A stretch of DNA of 64,000 nt from Eutreptiella sp. 'Long Island Sound 2002' (Eukaryota > Protista > Euglenida), in NCBI GenBank assembly GCA_964036045.1, contig OZ038379.1:9052001-9116000 (forward strand), in the 5' to 3' direction. The position numbers were made by a program, and so were the translations under genes. Positions 12,807 to 24,851 of the stretch are shown one piece after another (positions within the stretch are counted from its first letter, which is position 1; every line of letters begins with the position of its first letter). Below the pieces are notes generated by a model. The model was not told the DNA's origin. It was given only the letters and a program-made list of their open reading frames with translations, and did no database searches.

Positions 12807-14307
12807 GTACGTTGCTATTGTTGTTGGGTGGGGTCGCTGAGGATGTCCGCCACGGGCCAATGGTTCTCTTGAATGCGAGTGCGAAGGAGTTTTGGGTGCA
12901 GTATTTTGCCGTGCAATCTCGAGGCACCAACAACGCCGGGGGCTCCAAACAACGACAAGCCCCGTTTTCCAGTCCGGCCGACGTGTCCGGCTGGCAGACA
13001 CACAGTGCGGACGTGCCTCACCAAGAGCCGCACGACACTTAGTTCCTTTGGCACGGGTGGCGGGGGGCGCCCCTGGGCGCCTGTGTGGATTACCCCCCGT
13101 TCCCCGCCTCTGGAGACCGTCCTGGGCGTCGGCACCTGCTCTCGGCCAATGCCGTAGTTTGCCCAAGGCGGAGGCGCAGGACCTGTTGTCTCTTCTGAAG
13201 TTTGGGGTCGGAGTTGTTTTCTGCAGCCCAATTGTGTGCACTCAAAACACTGCGGATTTGACGGGGCGCTCAGAATGTCGATTGTGCAACTGGACCCCCC
13301 CCCCCCCGCCGCCGCAGAGACTGTGGGGTCGGAGGCGGGGGGGGGGGGGCTCCGGCTTCCACCGGAGAGTGACAGGGTGCGCTCCATGGGGAGAGGAAAG
13401 AGTGTTGATGTTGCAAAGGGGGCGTGTGCGCACTACTGACAAACACTGTGCTGTCGCCATGGACCGCTCTCATTGGGCCCCCCAGTGGTCAGCCCCACAT
13501 TTAGGCACAAAGAGTGCACAGCCGTCCCTTCACTTGGCATCCAGCTCCGGCCAATGATGTTGGAGAAAGTCTGTCAACCCCCCACACCCCCCCACCCCCG
13601 CAGTATGTACCTCAGCGTCGTGATCATCATCCATCCGTGTTGGGGACCCTGCCCCATCGTGGCCCAAGGTGCTTGTGTGGCCCAGTGTTCGGTACGCCAG
13701 GACTTCTGAGTTCGATTCCTTGGGACGGAGCACCGGTTGAACCCGGGCAAAAGCCGGGACAAATGCCGGGAAAGGAAGGAACAGGGGTCCTCCGCTGAGG
13801 GAAGAGGGTGGTACCCATTGACTACTTCCTGTGTGGAGCGTGCACACCCCTAGGCCACGCCCGTGCTTATTTTTTTTCCCAAAACAAGGAGCCCCCCCCC
13901 CCCCCCCCCCGGGGCTGGACCCCCCCAGACCAAAGTGACCACAGTGGGGAAAAACAAAATTTACCATGGGGAAAATGTTGTCGGGCCATGTTTGACACAA
14001 ACCTTTGGGTCCCAGACCCCCCCCCCCCTCCCCCCAGGGCGTTGTGTTAATTTTCATTTCGGCAGGGGGGGGAGGCTTCCCCTTCCCTGGACCCCCCTCC
14101 CTCCCCCCTTGCTCTAAATCACATAAGAATCAGGGTTCTGAGGACCCTGATGTTTTTTTTCATTTGGGCCAATTTTTTTTCTCCTGCGCCTTCGGCGCAC
14201 CTATAGCGCAGTTCTTTGGTCATTCCACTCGTATCACCTCTTCCCTGTGTTGCAGATGTCATGTTGCAGCGTCCCATAGATACGTTCTTTGGCACCCCGG
14301 TCCAACC

Positions 14308-14622
14308 ATGCCCCCGGCCAAAAAGCGACGACGTTATAACTGCGATCCTCTATTTTCGCTTGGGAGTGGGAAGAAAGGGCAAGAGGCATACAATGCTGCC
14401 CAGAAAGCATGTTCCACACTTTTTCTGAACACTCCAATAGCAACTCTGTGCGAGTTTTTTGTACGACAAGCAGCCGTAATGGCGCGACAAGACCGCGAGA
14501 TGCGCTGCCTGCCGCATGAGTTCTTGCTCCTGAAGCCTGTTGTGCGCGCACGCTGGGCACCACAGCTGCCACAAATACGCGCTCTGTTGCGACATGTGTA
14601 TTTTTTGTTTGGTGGTGTGTAG
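14308..14622 (+). other. Intronic ORF (104 aa) starting with an NLS-like MPPAKKRRR, probably TE-derived
   Basis: ATG at 14308 and protein-like composition. It lies inside intron 3 of the plastid gene, and no domain was recognised. Confidence 0.3.
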
Positions 14623-14974
14623 GTGAGGGCACCATGTATGGACCGAAACAGATGAGTTGCATTGCCTGTCTGCAGATGTTATGACAAATGTATATGCTGA
14701 ATGGGTCAGTGTGGTACATTTTTGCTGTTCCTTGCGGGCATGCTGCATTTCGGCAGGGGGGGGGTCCCCCCTGGACCCCCCCCCCCTCCCCTAGACCCCC
14801 TCCCCCCCTCCACCCTTCGCTCAAGCAATGCTCTACCCCCCCCCCCCCTTTAAGCACAGCCCTGCCCCAGGCATGCTACTACGACTGCCCTGGGATGCCT
14901 GACGCCCGTTGTTATGCCTCAGCGCCCTAAGTGCGTACAGGACCAGTCGTACGCTCTGCTTGTGGTCTGCATAG

Positions 14975-15106
14975 ATCTTGCGGTTGGCCGCCTCTGGGGA
15001 GGACGTCGGGCTTCAGTTGGCCCCGATCCAGTTCGTGTACGGGACCAAAATCCTTCTGAAGAACAGCAACCTCGACGGCAACATGAAGCTGATGATCGAG
15101 ACGGAG
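14975..15106 (+). CDS. Plastid protein exon 4
   Basis: ctgcatag|ATC...GAG|gtgtgc gives ILRLAASGEDVGLQLAPIQFVYGTKILLKNSNLDGNMKLMIETE, in frame with exons 3 and 5, with GC3-rich codons. Confidence 0.85.
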
Positions 15107-16391
15107 GTGTGCGGCTCCCCAGACAGGAGGCTGCATATGCCTTGGACAAGCGGCTCTTGGCGGGGGGGGAGGGGGGCAACGGGAGGAACCCGCCAAGAAA
15201 TACCGCCGTGGTCGAGCCCTTTGCTGATGGTGGTACAGGGACAGGGTAAGTGGATTGCAGGACCGCAATTTGCACGTGCCTGAGTACCAGCGGGGGGTCC
15301 AGGGAGTGGATGGGGGAAGCAGTTGCACAGCAGTGCTGTGCTGCATCCAAGGCACCCTCTTTGGACTGATGACCTGCTGCACGGCATTCCACATCAACAT
15401 CCGTCTTTCTGCCAAGGCTCTGCTTGACCAGTGTTGAATCTCTGGTTTTGTTCCTGCTGCTGGAAATTTCGCCACTGTTGAAGGGCGTGCATAGCCTTCG
15501 TGGCCCATGCAGTCCACTGCTAAGACCCTTCCACCACATCCTGCCCACATAGACCCCAGGCCTTGATAGGATGGTGGGAGACCTTCGTCCACTGGACGGC
15601 CCCATCCCACTTCACCGCATTGTGGGAAATCCACCCTAACCCCTCGCGCACTTGCTCAGGGGAGGGAACCCATTTGATGCTCTTCGCCGCAAGCACGTTG
15701 CCGCTTTTGCTTCTGAAGCCAGGCGAACCCCCCCCCCCCACGCGCAATTTCCCTGTACAACATTTCCCCCCCCTCCCTGTGTGGGAATCCACGAGGTATA
15801 CCCCTGTTTGCCATTCTTTGATGTTAAATTGGGTGTCAGCCCCTTTGGGTGTTGCTCTTCCCGAGTGGTGGAACGGGGAACTGCCCCACCCCAAATGTTT
15901 GGGGTAAATGTAGCGTTTCGTTGTTCATGTTCATCGATCTTTCTGCCATGTGTACTGACCCTAGAGTGTCCCGAGGTGTGGCGTTCCGCGGCGTTGCGCA
16001 CTTCTCCTCCCCTGATCGGGGCCTCTCGCTGTGATTTCAGGGCGTCGGAGACCGACAGCCACTGAAGACAGGGGGTGCGCACCACGGGCCGCAGGGTCAG
16101 GGCACCACCCCTGCCCCATGCCGATGGCCCGGGCCATGACCGTTCACTCCTGTAGGGGCCATACCTCTTCCATCCAGAGGAGGGGTTCATTGACATGCGT
16201 TGGGGGGGAGGGTGATCAAATGGAATGACTTCAACACCCTCGACCCGTCAACGGTCGTTGAGAACCCCCAATGGCGGTCGATGAAGCGCCAAACGCCGTC
16301 CGCGAACGGCACCCGTTCTCACCCGAGCCCCGCCACTGCCCCCTCGCCCCGCCCATCCCCCGTCCCAGCACGCGCCGTGCCTTGTGCCCAG

Positions 16392-16661
16392 GTGCCCCGC
16401 AAGAAGCGGAGCGACGCCGTCAAGAACGCGGTGGTCATCATGAACACGTTCGGCGAGATCGAGCGCAAGGCGGCCGGGCTCATCGAGTTCACGCCGGAGG
16501 ACATGCTCGAGATCGCGGACCTGTACGCCCGGTCCCGGGCGGAGCTCGCCACGATGTTCGAGTACCTGCCGCCCCAGGAGCAGGAAAGGTACATGTTCTA
16601 CGCCAACGCCCTCAGGGCCTACGAGCAGAACTTGGCCGCCGAACCGGACGTGGACGTGTGA
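16392..16661 (+). CDS. Plastid protein exon 5 (final; helical uncharacterised domain). Spliced product about 334 aa
   Basis: gtgcccag|GTG gives VPRKKRSDAVKNAVVIMNTFGEIERK...NLAAEPDVDV*, with very high GC3. Confidence 0.85.
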   Translation: MPRKKRSDAVKNAVVIMNTFGEIERKAAGLIEFTPEDMLEIADLYARSRAELATMFEYLPPQEQERYMFYANALRAYEQNLAAEPDVDV

Positions 16662-17410
16662 CGCGGCGGGACGGCCCACAACTTCTGTTTTGTTTTGGAC
16701 TTCAGAGTCGATTTCGACGCCGGTGTTCACGAGCATGCCAAGGAAAACTGTCGGTGTGTAAACTCGGTCTACTCTGAGGCGTTTGATGGGCAGCACGGGG
16801 CCAGGGTGGCAGACCCACTCGGCCGGCACCGGGAGTCAACCCGAGGGTCTGGAATACCGCCCACAGGCCTCCGCAGAGGTCGTGGGTTCGAAGAACACAC
16901 GACACACGCCCAGTCGTGCGCTCGCGTGTGGGCGAGTGGTCCTCGGAAGTGGGACTCCCGGGCCCGCAACGCCCTGCTTGGAGGCCCCCCACACGGCCAG
17001 GCAGGTTGCGGGCCGGGAGGCACGGGGGGATTTGGGGAGAGGGCGGCTGTGTGCCGGCTGTCGACACAGAACCAGCCGCAGCTCTCCATGGAAAATGGGC
17101 TGGTGTGTGCAGGGCCGCCGCACTCTTGCTGCTGGTTCAGAGCGGTCAGGGATACTGAAGCTATGCGTGCCAGAGCGTTCACGCGGTTCAGCCATAACAG
17201 AGCCGCGGGATTATCTTTGTTCTAGGGCCACGGGGAGGGGTGATCCCTGGGTTCCCAGACGCGACTTCCATCCCCCCCCCCCCCTCCGCCAACCTCTCTG
17301 GTCTTTGGCTGTGCACATTTATTTGCCCAAGGGTAGCGAAGTGTACATGACCATTGGCGCTGGAAGGAAGATTCTGTTGATGGTGCCCAGGACAACAGAT
17401 TCCCCCAAAA

Positions 17411-17461
17411 ATCATACATCAAAATGATCGGCACGACGTGGCGATCATTTTGAGGTATGAT
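17411..17461. other. Near-perfect hairpin (20-bp stem, 19 pairs)
   Basis: atcatacatcaaaatgatcg / cgatcattttgaggtatgat around an 11-nt spacer. Confidence 0.85.
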
Positions 17462-20009
17462 ATACTGTGATATATTGTGAACCCACCCTCCCCCCACAAG
17501 GGGCCTTCGGCCCACTTGTATTGCCGGGGGATTCGCGTCTCAGGCCGAGGGGTCCCCCCCCCCCTGCCCCCCTGCAATGTCGAGGGGCTTCTGGGACCTC
17601 CTTGGGGTCGACTGTAGGTGTGGAACCGACAGCCTCTGTACCCGAGACATTGGGAGGCCAGTTTTTGCAACTGCAAATCATGTAACACTTTTTAACACCA
17701 CCACTTCAAAAGGGATTTGGGCCTTGCCAAAGCTGGTCATTTTGCCTGTCAATTGTCACCGGGTGTCTGCCATGTATTTTATTGAATTTATTGTCCGCTT
17801 CTTCTTTGGTACGCCTTGTCCCTCTTTCCCGTGCCCCTCCGATCCCGGTGCTCCCCCGGAACAACAAGGGGACAGAGCCCATGGCATCGTTGCCTGGAGG
17901 AAGACCGTGCAATAAAAAAGCTGTGCATCCCCATCACTCTTCAACTCCCTCGGAAAACGCAGACAATGGCCAGTGATGGCCAGTGTGAGGGAGGGTTTGC
18001 AATTTGATTCCTGGGTCATTGCTAATCATCAGATTTAGGTTTCACACCTCCGGAGCCAGGACATCAGAGCACTGGCTGACCAGTAACTATTGTCGGTCTC
18101 CCGCCTATCAACATACTCCCATCTCTGTATTGCAAGAGCTTGCTGGTCAAGTTCCTTGCCCCTGTTGCTGTTTTGAGGCCATTTTGAAGGGGGCGCGTTT
18201 TTTTTTGCCTTATCAGTGTGTCTTCTCACAGCTCTCCACCACAAAGAGAATGGTTTATGCAACTGCGATGTTGGCGTTGTTGTTCACTGTGGGATGGTGG
18301 ATTTCCGCACTGTCAATGTCAGCAGAACCGAGCAACACCACAAAGTCCATGCCAGCATCATTCCCTTAAAATTTTGGGCCAGGGCAACATGCAAAAAGGG
18401 GGGCATGCACTGTATTGTGTGAATGAGTGGACTTATGAACTATGCACCCGAAAGACCAGCAAGACACTGAACGTGAAGGAGCGCCCTGAAATCTGATTTC
18501 GTTGGCGGTCTGGTTGGCCAGCATCGATCTTCGGGTTCCCTTTGATGTACCATGAAGTTTGTGATTGTTGTATTTTATCATTGCTGCTGGCTGCGCCTTC
18601 CAAAGCTCCAGCATGAGCTCTGACAGTGCACATGCAGCTTAAAGATGATCGTTGTCTGTCGCTGCCCCGCTCCTGCTCATGACACTAGCAGCGTTTGCAA
18701 AGGTGTTGGCATAGGCATGCCTCCAAGCATGGGGGGGGGGGTCGATATGCGTTCAGGGGAAGCCTTTGCCTGTAGGGCAGAGGCTTTGTACTGCTAGAAC
18801 TACTGGAAGCCTCTTTCTTAGCTTTTTCAACAGAATATGAAACTATTGGCGCAGATGGGGGTTCCGAATGTGGCGTTGTCCGTCTCTTCTTGTGAGAACA
18901 CTTTATGTAGCACATCACTCCATTGTGCTGCATTCATAATGGCAGCATGGCGGTCACCTACCAAATCATTACCTCCTGGTAGCCGAGAGGACTACGCGGG
19001 TGCGAGCAAAGAGTCACATGTTTCCTCTCTGGTTTCAGCCACAAAATGTGTCCAGACATGCAGGCATGTTTCCTTTCTGCTTTTGGGATCCTTGCAGTAT
19101 TGGGGTCACAAAGGGTGTACCAGCACAGTGCAGCGTACAAGCAACACCCTTGTCTAAGCAACACTAGGTGTTGGTTCTGTTGGTTTTTGGTCATTCATGG
19201 TTGCTGGGACATGGGGGAGGGGTTGAGATGTCGAGGAGAGGGACTGCAGGCAACATGGCACACATGGTCAAGAGGAGCGGTGGGATCTGCCATGCAGTGC
19301 CCATTCTGTATTTATTAGATGCTCCGCACTTTCGCATCAAGTCCAAGGCAAGGCTGTTGACAATAGTTGCAGGCACTTCCTATCTACAGGAGCAGGGGCA
19401 GCACACAAACCCAGGACCCCACCATACTTACTCGGACACTAGGACAAGAAAACGGCTTTCATGGACCCCAATACAACACATGATGATCCAAGGCACACAC
19501 AACGACATGGGGGCATTCACTGCAAATAGTGTGCACAAAAACAGGGCACCACCAACACGAGGTATTCTAGCATCAAGAAAGTTCGCACAGAGTACACGCG
19601 GCCCGGCCCATGTACAGTGCATGCACGGGGGCTGCAACTCCCTGTTACACTGCACACAGATTGATCATCCTTGCTAACATCTACAGCTCAACACTGAATT
19701 CAATCACAAGTCCATCAAATTACTGAGTTACGTGCCCTCCATATCTTGGACAAAGTGTGTATTGGACAAAGGGAAGGGACATACAGACCCTTCTAAGTGA
19801 CAATGTGGGGTGCAAAGGTTGCCTAAGGGTGCAATCTCTGGCGGATATTTTCCTTGTCATGGGACCCATCTTTTCGAATTCAACATTTTGCTGATCCTTT
19901 TCTTTCAGTTTTCATATGTCGTGTTTGGAATATGGTTCCATGTGGGGGAACATATGCAGGGCCATGAATCTCCCCATCTCAGGACTTTTCTTGGGCATTA
20001 TGTCTGAAA

Positions 20010-20360
20010 TGTACCAATTTAGGAAAAAAGGGAGGAAATGGGGGATGCATTGATATTTTTTTGTTTTTTGGGAAAAATGGGCAGACTTGAGTGTGAAAAG
20101 CCTAACAATGCCACTTTTGGCTAGCAGATTGGGGGAGTTGGGTCACTAATGGGTCTTCAAGGGGAGGAAACATGGGGGGGAAGTGGGAACAAACAGGCAA
20201 AGGAATCTTCCTCTATTGTTCCTCCATTGTCCCCCCCCCCCCAGTTTCCCTTGTGCCCCCTCCATTACTCCCAATTTCCACCATTTCCCCCCAATTTTCC
20301 TGGTTTCCCATTTTTCTTGGGGAACGGTGCGGGGAACCTTAGTGGCAGATTGGCGGGGAA
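20010..20360. repeat. Degenerate GGGAAAAT/CCCATTTT repeat resembling 541-888
   Basis: Same purine-run/pyrimidine-run architecture, ending in gcggggaac as the first element ends in gcggggatc. Confidence 0.4.
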
Positions 20361-21944
20361 CTTCATAGGCCTGCATATGCAATAGTGTATGTGTTGTGGT
20401 TGGTGGAATTGTGGTATGCCAAGGAACCCATTCACTAGGGCTCAAGGGTTTTGTGGGGGAGTGGAGGCAAACTCAGTCCTCGGTGTTTTTCACTGGGTTG
20501 CGGCACATCATTGGGTAGATGGGACCTGTAAACAGTCTTCTCAAAACCCCCTTTTCCCATTGTGCTGCAAGTGCTAGAGAGTGCACCCTTGGTACCCATC
20601 ATTGTGATGGGGCCAAACCATCGAATCCAGACTGGAGCCCCCGTCAAGAGCTGCTTCCCGTGAGTTGCACATAAGCACCCTGTCTGAATATGTAATTCTT
20701 GTTTGACCATTGTTCTGCCTATCTTTGGCATGCTTGCCCAAAGGGGAGCCTCCCCTTTGTTGGTGACTAAATTGTGTTAGCATGTGTCCACCCTTGCATG
20801 ATGTGTACAAGCGTAGTAAGTGAGTGAGACTCTGCTCCCATCGACATCTTTTCCCCTGTCTGCAGCTTTTCGACACACCTCACATGCGACCGCCATGGCC
20901 CCAATGTGCAGCCTTCCATCACAGTAATTCCCACGGCCCAAGCCTTGAATTGAAGCTTGTGACCACTGTGAATTGCAGTTTTGCAATTCTTGCCATGACC
21001 AGCACACATGCTGAGTGATAGCATACACATTTGCTTCCCATCAATTGAAGAGTTGGCACTTTTCAACATTTTCATGATTTCTTTTGTTTCATTTTGTTTA
21101 TGTGCACATTGTGGTTGGTGGTTGGCAGGGCTTGGGAAATTGTTGGGCTGGTATGGGAGGGCATTTCTGGGAAAGCGTTGAAAATATTGCTGTTTTGCAC
21201 GCGTTGTGCGAAGGCTCTCCGTCAGTTGTTTGCTGAGTCACACTAATTTGATTGCAATTTGGGTGATTTTTTGCCATGTGTTTGGCCAACACTTTTGTGA
21301 TCATGGGCCACCGTGCATCTAGCCTGCAAGGTACAGCTTTTGCACCACATACCATGTGTACGGACCTTCGTCATGCATTCCACGGGCCATTCCAGTCATT
21401 GTGGTAAAACTCAGAGAGTTGAGTTGAGGAACTCAATTTTTGAGGTCATGCTATGGTGCAGACAAGATTAAAAGTGCCTGCCATTTGGGTGCAGACCCAA
21501 CAGGCAGGGATGGGGATGGCCCCTCTCACAATTACAAATTCCTGCATGAATCCAGAATCCGGAACAACAATATGTTTTGCCCCAGGGCTGGCACTTGAGG
21601 CAACTTTGGGGTAAATCTTGGGAAAGGGGGTGGGTTGGATCAGGTTAAGGGGACTTTAAAACCACCGAGTCATGTCTGGATTGGTGTGGGCACGAACCTT
21701 CTCCAAGCCGCTGAACATGGCAGAACGGGACTGTGGGTTCCTTTGCTACAAGTCATCCAGTTGTTTGACTCTCGTTTGGGAGGTGTTGTGTTGTGAAATG
21801 CTTTACAGTTCAGTCATAATTGTCATATTTGTTTTTGGCTAAGTTTGATGGCATCTCGTGACCGGCCTGAGGTGAAGCCTGCTGCTGCTGCTATGCTACT
21901 GCTGTGCTACTGCTGGTGCTGTGCTGCTGGCTGCTGCGACTGGC

Positions 21945-22009
21945 GGTGGTGGTGGTGGTGGTGGTGGTGGTGGTGGTGGTGGTGGTGGTGGTGGTGGTGG
22001 TGGTGGTGG
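21945..22009. repeat. (GGT)n microsatellite of about 21 units, preceded by degenerate (GCT)n
   Basis: Directly visible; ends about 32 nt upstream of the RAP gene ATG. Confidence 0.95.
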
Positions 22010-22010
22010 A

Positions 22011-22029
22011 TTGCCTCCTGTCTCAATAG
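22011..22029 (+). promoter_or_regulatory. Putative splice (possibly SL trans-splice) acceptor of the RAP gene
   Basis: ttgcctcctgtctcaatAG lies 12 nt upstream of ATG 22042. Confidence 0.4.
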
Positions 22030-22041
22030 CCCATACATGCG

Positions 22042-24321
22042 ATGCTGCGTTGGTTACAGAGGACGCAGCCCTTTTCGAAGGCGTGGCCGACGTCCCCATG
22101 GGCCACTCTCAGCACAAGGGGCATCACAGCCCTCGGTCATACTGCCAAAAGGACTGCGTCCTTCACGGAGCATCGACTGGTCAACAATTGGCCGAGGGGA
22201 GGCGTGCCTGGACGCTGTTACACATGTGCCGGTGTAGCGCACACCGCAGGAACCACCGGCATCGCTTCCGTGTCACGTGCCATGTTCCGTGTCCCGGGGC
22301 CCAAGAGCAGAATTGTGGTACGCCGCATGTTCAGCAGCCGAAAGAAACATGGAGGACGGGGGCGGGATCGGGGCCGCGGCCACACACCAACAACAGCAGA
22401 ACGATCGCCAGGACGGCCGCAGCGGAAGGTGCAGTCCGGTGATGCCGTGGGGCATGAGGAGTTTATGGCGATGTGTGCGGAGGTGGAAAGGGGGGCCGCG
22501 GGATACACGCCCTCTGAACTGCTGGCAATAGTTCGGGAAATGGCAGATCTTTGCGCGCGTAGGAGTGACTTCCGGAGGCTCATTATGGAACCCACAAATG
22601 AAACGGTGCCTGCGTTGAGGCGTCGTGTCTCTGATCCGGAAGTGCTGGGGGCTCTCGAAGGGCGACAGGCAGCGCTGCTACTGCACGCATTCAGTAAGAT
22701 GCGAGTGCGCGATGAGGTGGTGGTGCATGGGATCGCACAACGGCTGCTTCGGCGGGACATTATGCAGAACCTCAACGGCCACGATATCTCCATGACCTGC
22801 TGGGCCTTGGCCAAGGTAGACATGCCGCACCCGGAGCTGATGGAGGCGCTTGCAACACGTGTGACGGATGACCGTATGATTGAACAGCTCTCGGAGCAAA
22901 GTGTGGCCAACATTGTATGGGCATTCGCGAAATTGGGTGTACATAATGCGGACCTGATGGCTGCAGTCGCACGCCGGCTACTGCACGACGACGTGTTGGC
23001 CACGTTCAATGAACAGGGCATTGCCAACACTGTGTGGGCCTTCGCCACATTGGGTGAACAGGATGCGGACCTGATGGCTGCAGTCGCACGCCGGCTATTG
23101 CACGACGACGTGTTGGCCACGTTCAATGAACAGGGCATTGCCAACACTGTGTGGGCCTTCGCCACATTGGGTGTACATAATGCGGACCTGATGGCTGCAG
23201 TGGCACGACGGTTATCACACGATGACGTGTTGGCCACGTTCAAGGCACAGGGCATTGCCAACACTGTGTGGGCCTTCGCCACATTGGGTGTACATAATGC
23301 GGACCTGATGGCTGCAGTTGCACGACGGTTATCACACGATGACGTGTTGGCCACGTTTAAGGCACAGGACATTGGCAACACTGTGTGGGCCTTCGCCACA
23401 TTGGGTGTACATAATGCGGACCTGATGGCTGCAGTCGCACGCCGGCTGTTGCACGACAACATGTTGGCCACGTTCAAGGCACAGGACATTGGCAACACTG
23501 TGTGGGCCTTCGCCACATTGGGTGTACATAATGCGGACCTGATGGCTGCAGTCGCACGCCGGCTGTTGCACGACAACGTGTTGGCCACGTTCAAGGCACA
23601 GGAGATTGCCAACACTGTGTGGGCCTTCGCCACATTGGGTGTACATAATGCGGACCTGATGGCTGCAGTGGCACGACGGTTATCACACGATGACGTGTTG
23701 GCCACGTTCAAGGCACAGGAGATTGCCAACACTGTGTGGGCCTTCGCCACATTGGGTGTACATAATGCGGACCTGATGGCTGCAGTCGCACGCCGGCTAC
23801 TGCACGACGATGTGTTGGCCACGTTCAGGGCACAGGACATTGCCAACACTGTGTGGGCCTTCGCCACATTGGGTGTACATAATGCGGACCTGATGGCTGC
23901 AGTCGCACGCCGGCTATTGCATGACAACGTGTTGGCCACGTTCAAGGCACAGGAGATTGCCAACACTGTGTGGGCCTTCGCCACATTGGGTGTACATAAT
24001 GTGGACCTGATGGCTGCAGTCGCACGACGGTTATCACACGATGCCGTGTTGGCCACGTTCAATGAACAGAACATTGCCAACACTGTGTGGGCCTTCGCCA
24101 CATTGGGTGTACATAATGCGGACCTGATGGCTGCAGTCACACGCCGGCTACTGCACGACGATGTGTTGGCCACGTTCAAGGCACAGAACATTGCCAACAC
24201 GTTGTGGAGTTTTGCTGTATTTGACAGTTTGCACGACGGCATCATCACCCGCCTTCTTGACCGTGCGTTTGCGGATACTGAGATACCCATGTGTCCGCCT
24301 GCACTGTGTCAATTGCATCAG
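22042..24321 (+). CDS. Helical-repeat (OPR/HPR/FASTK-like) RAP-domain protein, exon 1 (760 codons)
   Basis: Arg/Ser/Thr-rich, acid-poor N-terminus (mitochondrial presequence-like), 2-3 degenerate plus 11 near-identical xxQxIANTVWAFATLG repeats, and donor CAG|gtacgt at 24322. Confidence 0.9.
22933..24219 (+). repeat. Coding tandem array, 11 x 117 bp (39 aa)
   Basis: Unit LGVHNADLMAAVARRL(L/S)HD(D/N)VLATF(N/K/R)(E/A)Q(G/D/E/N)I(A/G)NTVWAFAT with a measured period of 117 nt. Confidence 0.97.
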
Positions 24322-24851
24322 GTACGTTGTTATGAGTTTGGGTGCGTTCCTGTTGAATGCCTTGATAGCTCGCTGGGGGCGGGGGGCGGGCTGCCGCGGT
24401 GTCGGTAACACTGATATTGTTCACCGGTTGCTGCAAACGTGGTCAAAGCACCCAGCTACTTACTATTTGTGGCCAAGTGCTTTGCCATAAGGAAGACAAA
24501 ACAAGGCAGAGTGTCGCATCTCTGGGAGCCGTAGAGAAGTAGAAGTTAGGGCAGCCTTTGAGGCTCGACGTGCCCTTCATGATGTGGAAGTACGCGCAGT
24601 GATGTGGCTTTGACAGAGTGTCATCCAAAGTCGTTAGTTTGGGAAGCGGCTTCGGGTGGGGAACAGGGGTAGTTAAGTCTGTGAACAGAACGTCTGATGT
24701 CAGAAAGTAGCGTGTGAAATTCCGATCTTTTTGATCGTTGCTTTGCCGTTAGATCGACACAATTCGCAGGAAGGTAATGCCACACACAGCCTCTCCAAAC
24801 TACTCATCGCCGCTGAAATTTTGGCCCTCATTCGCTCACGTTTCTCTTCAG

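Noticed and set aside
21845-22442. Poly-Trp, poly-Gly and poly-Pro ORFs
   Set aside because: These are translations of the (GGT)n microsatellite.
22933-24219. Regular repeat array as a possible CRISPR
   Set aside because: There are no unique spacers or cas genes; the units are contiguous, in-frame coding repeats.
22218-24290. 690-aa minus-strand ORF
   Set aside because: It is the antisense shadow of the 117-bp coding array; the plus strand has the RAP protein and splice sites.
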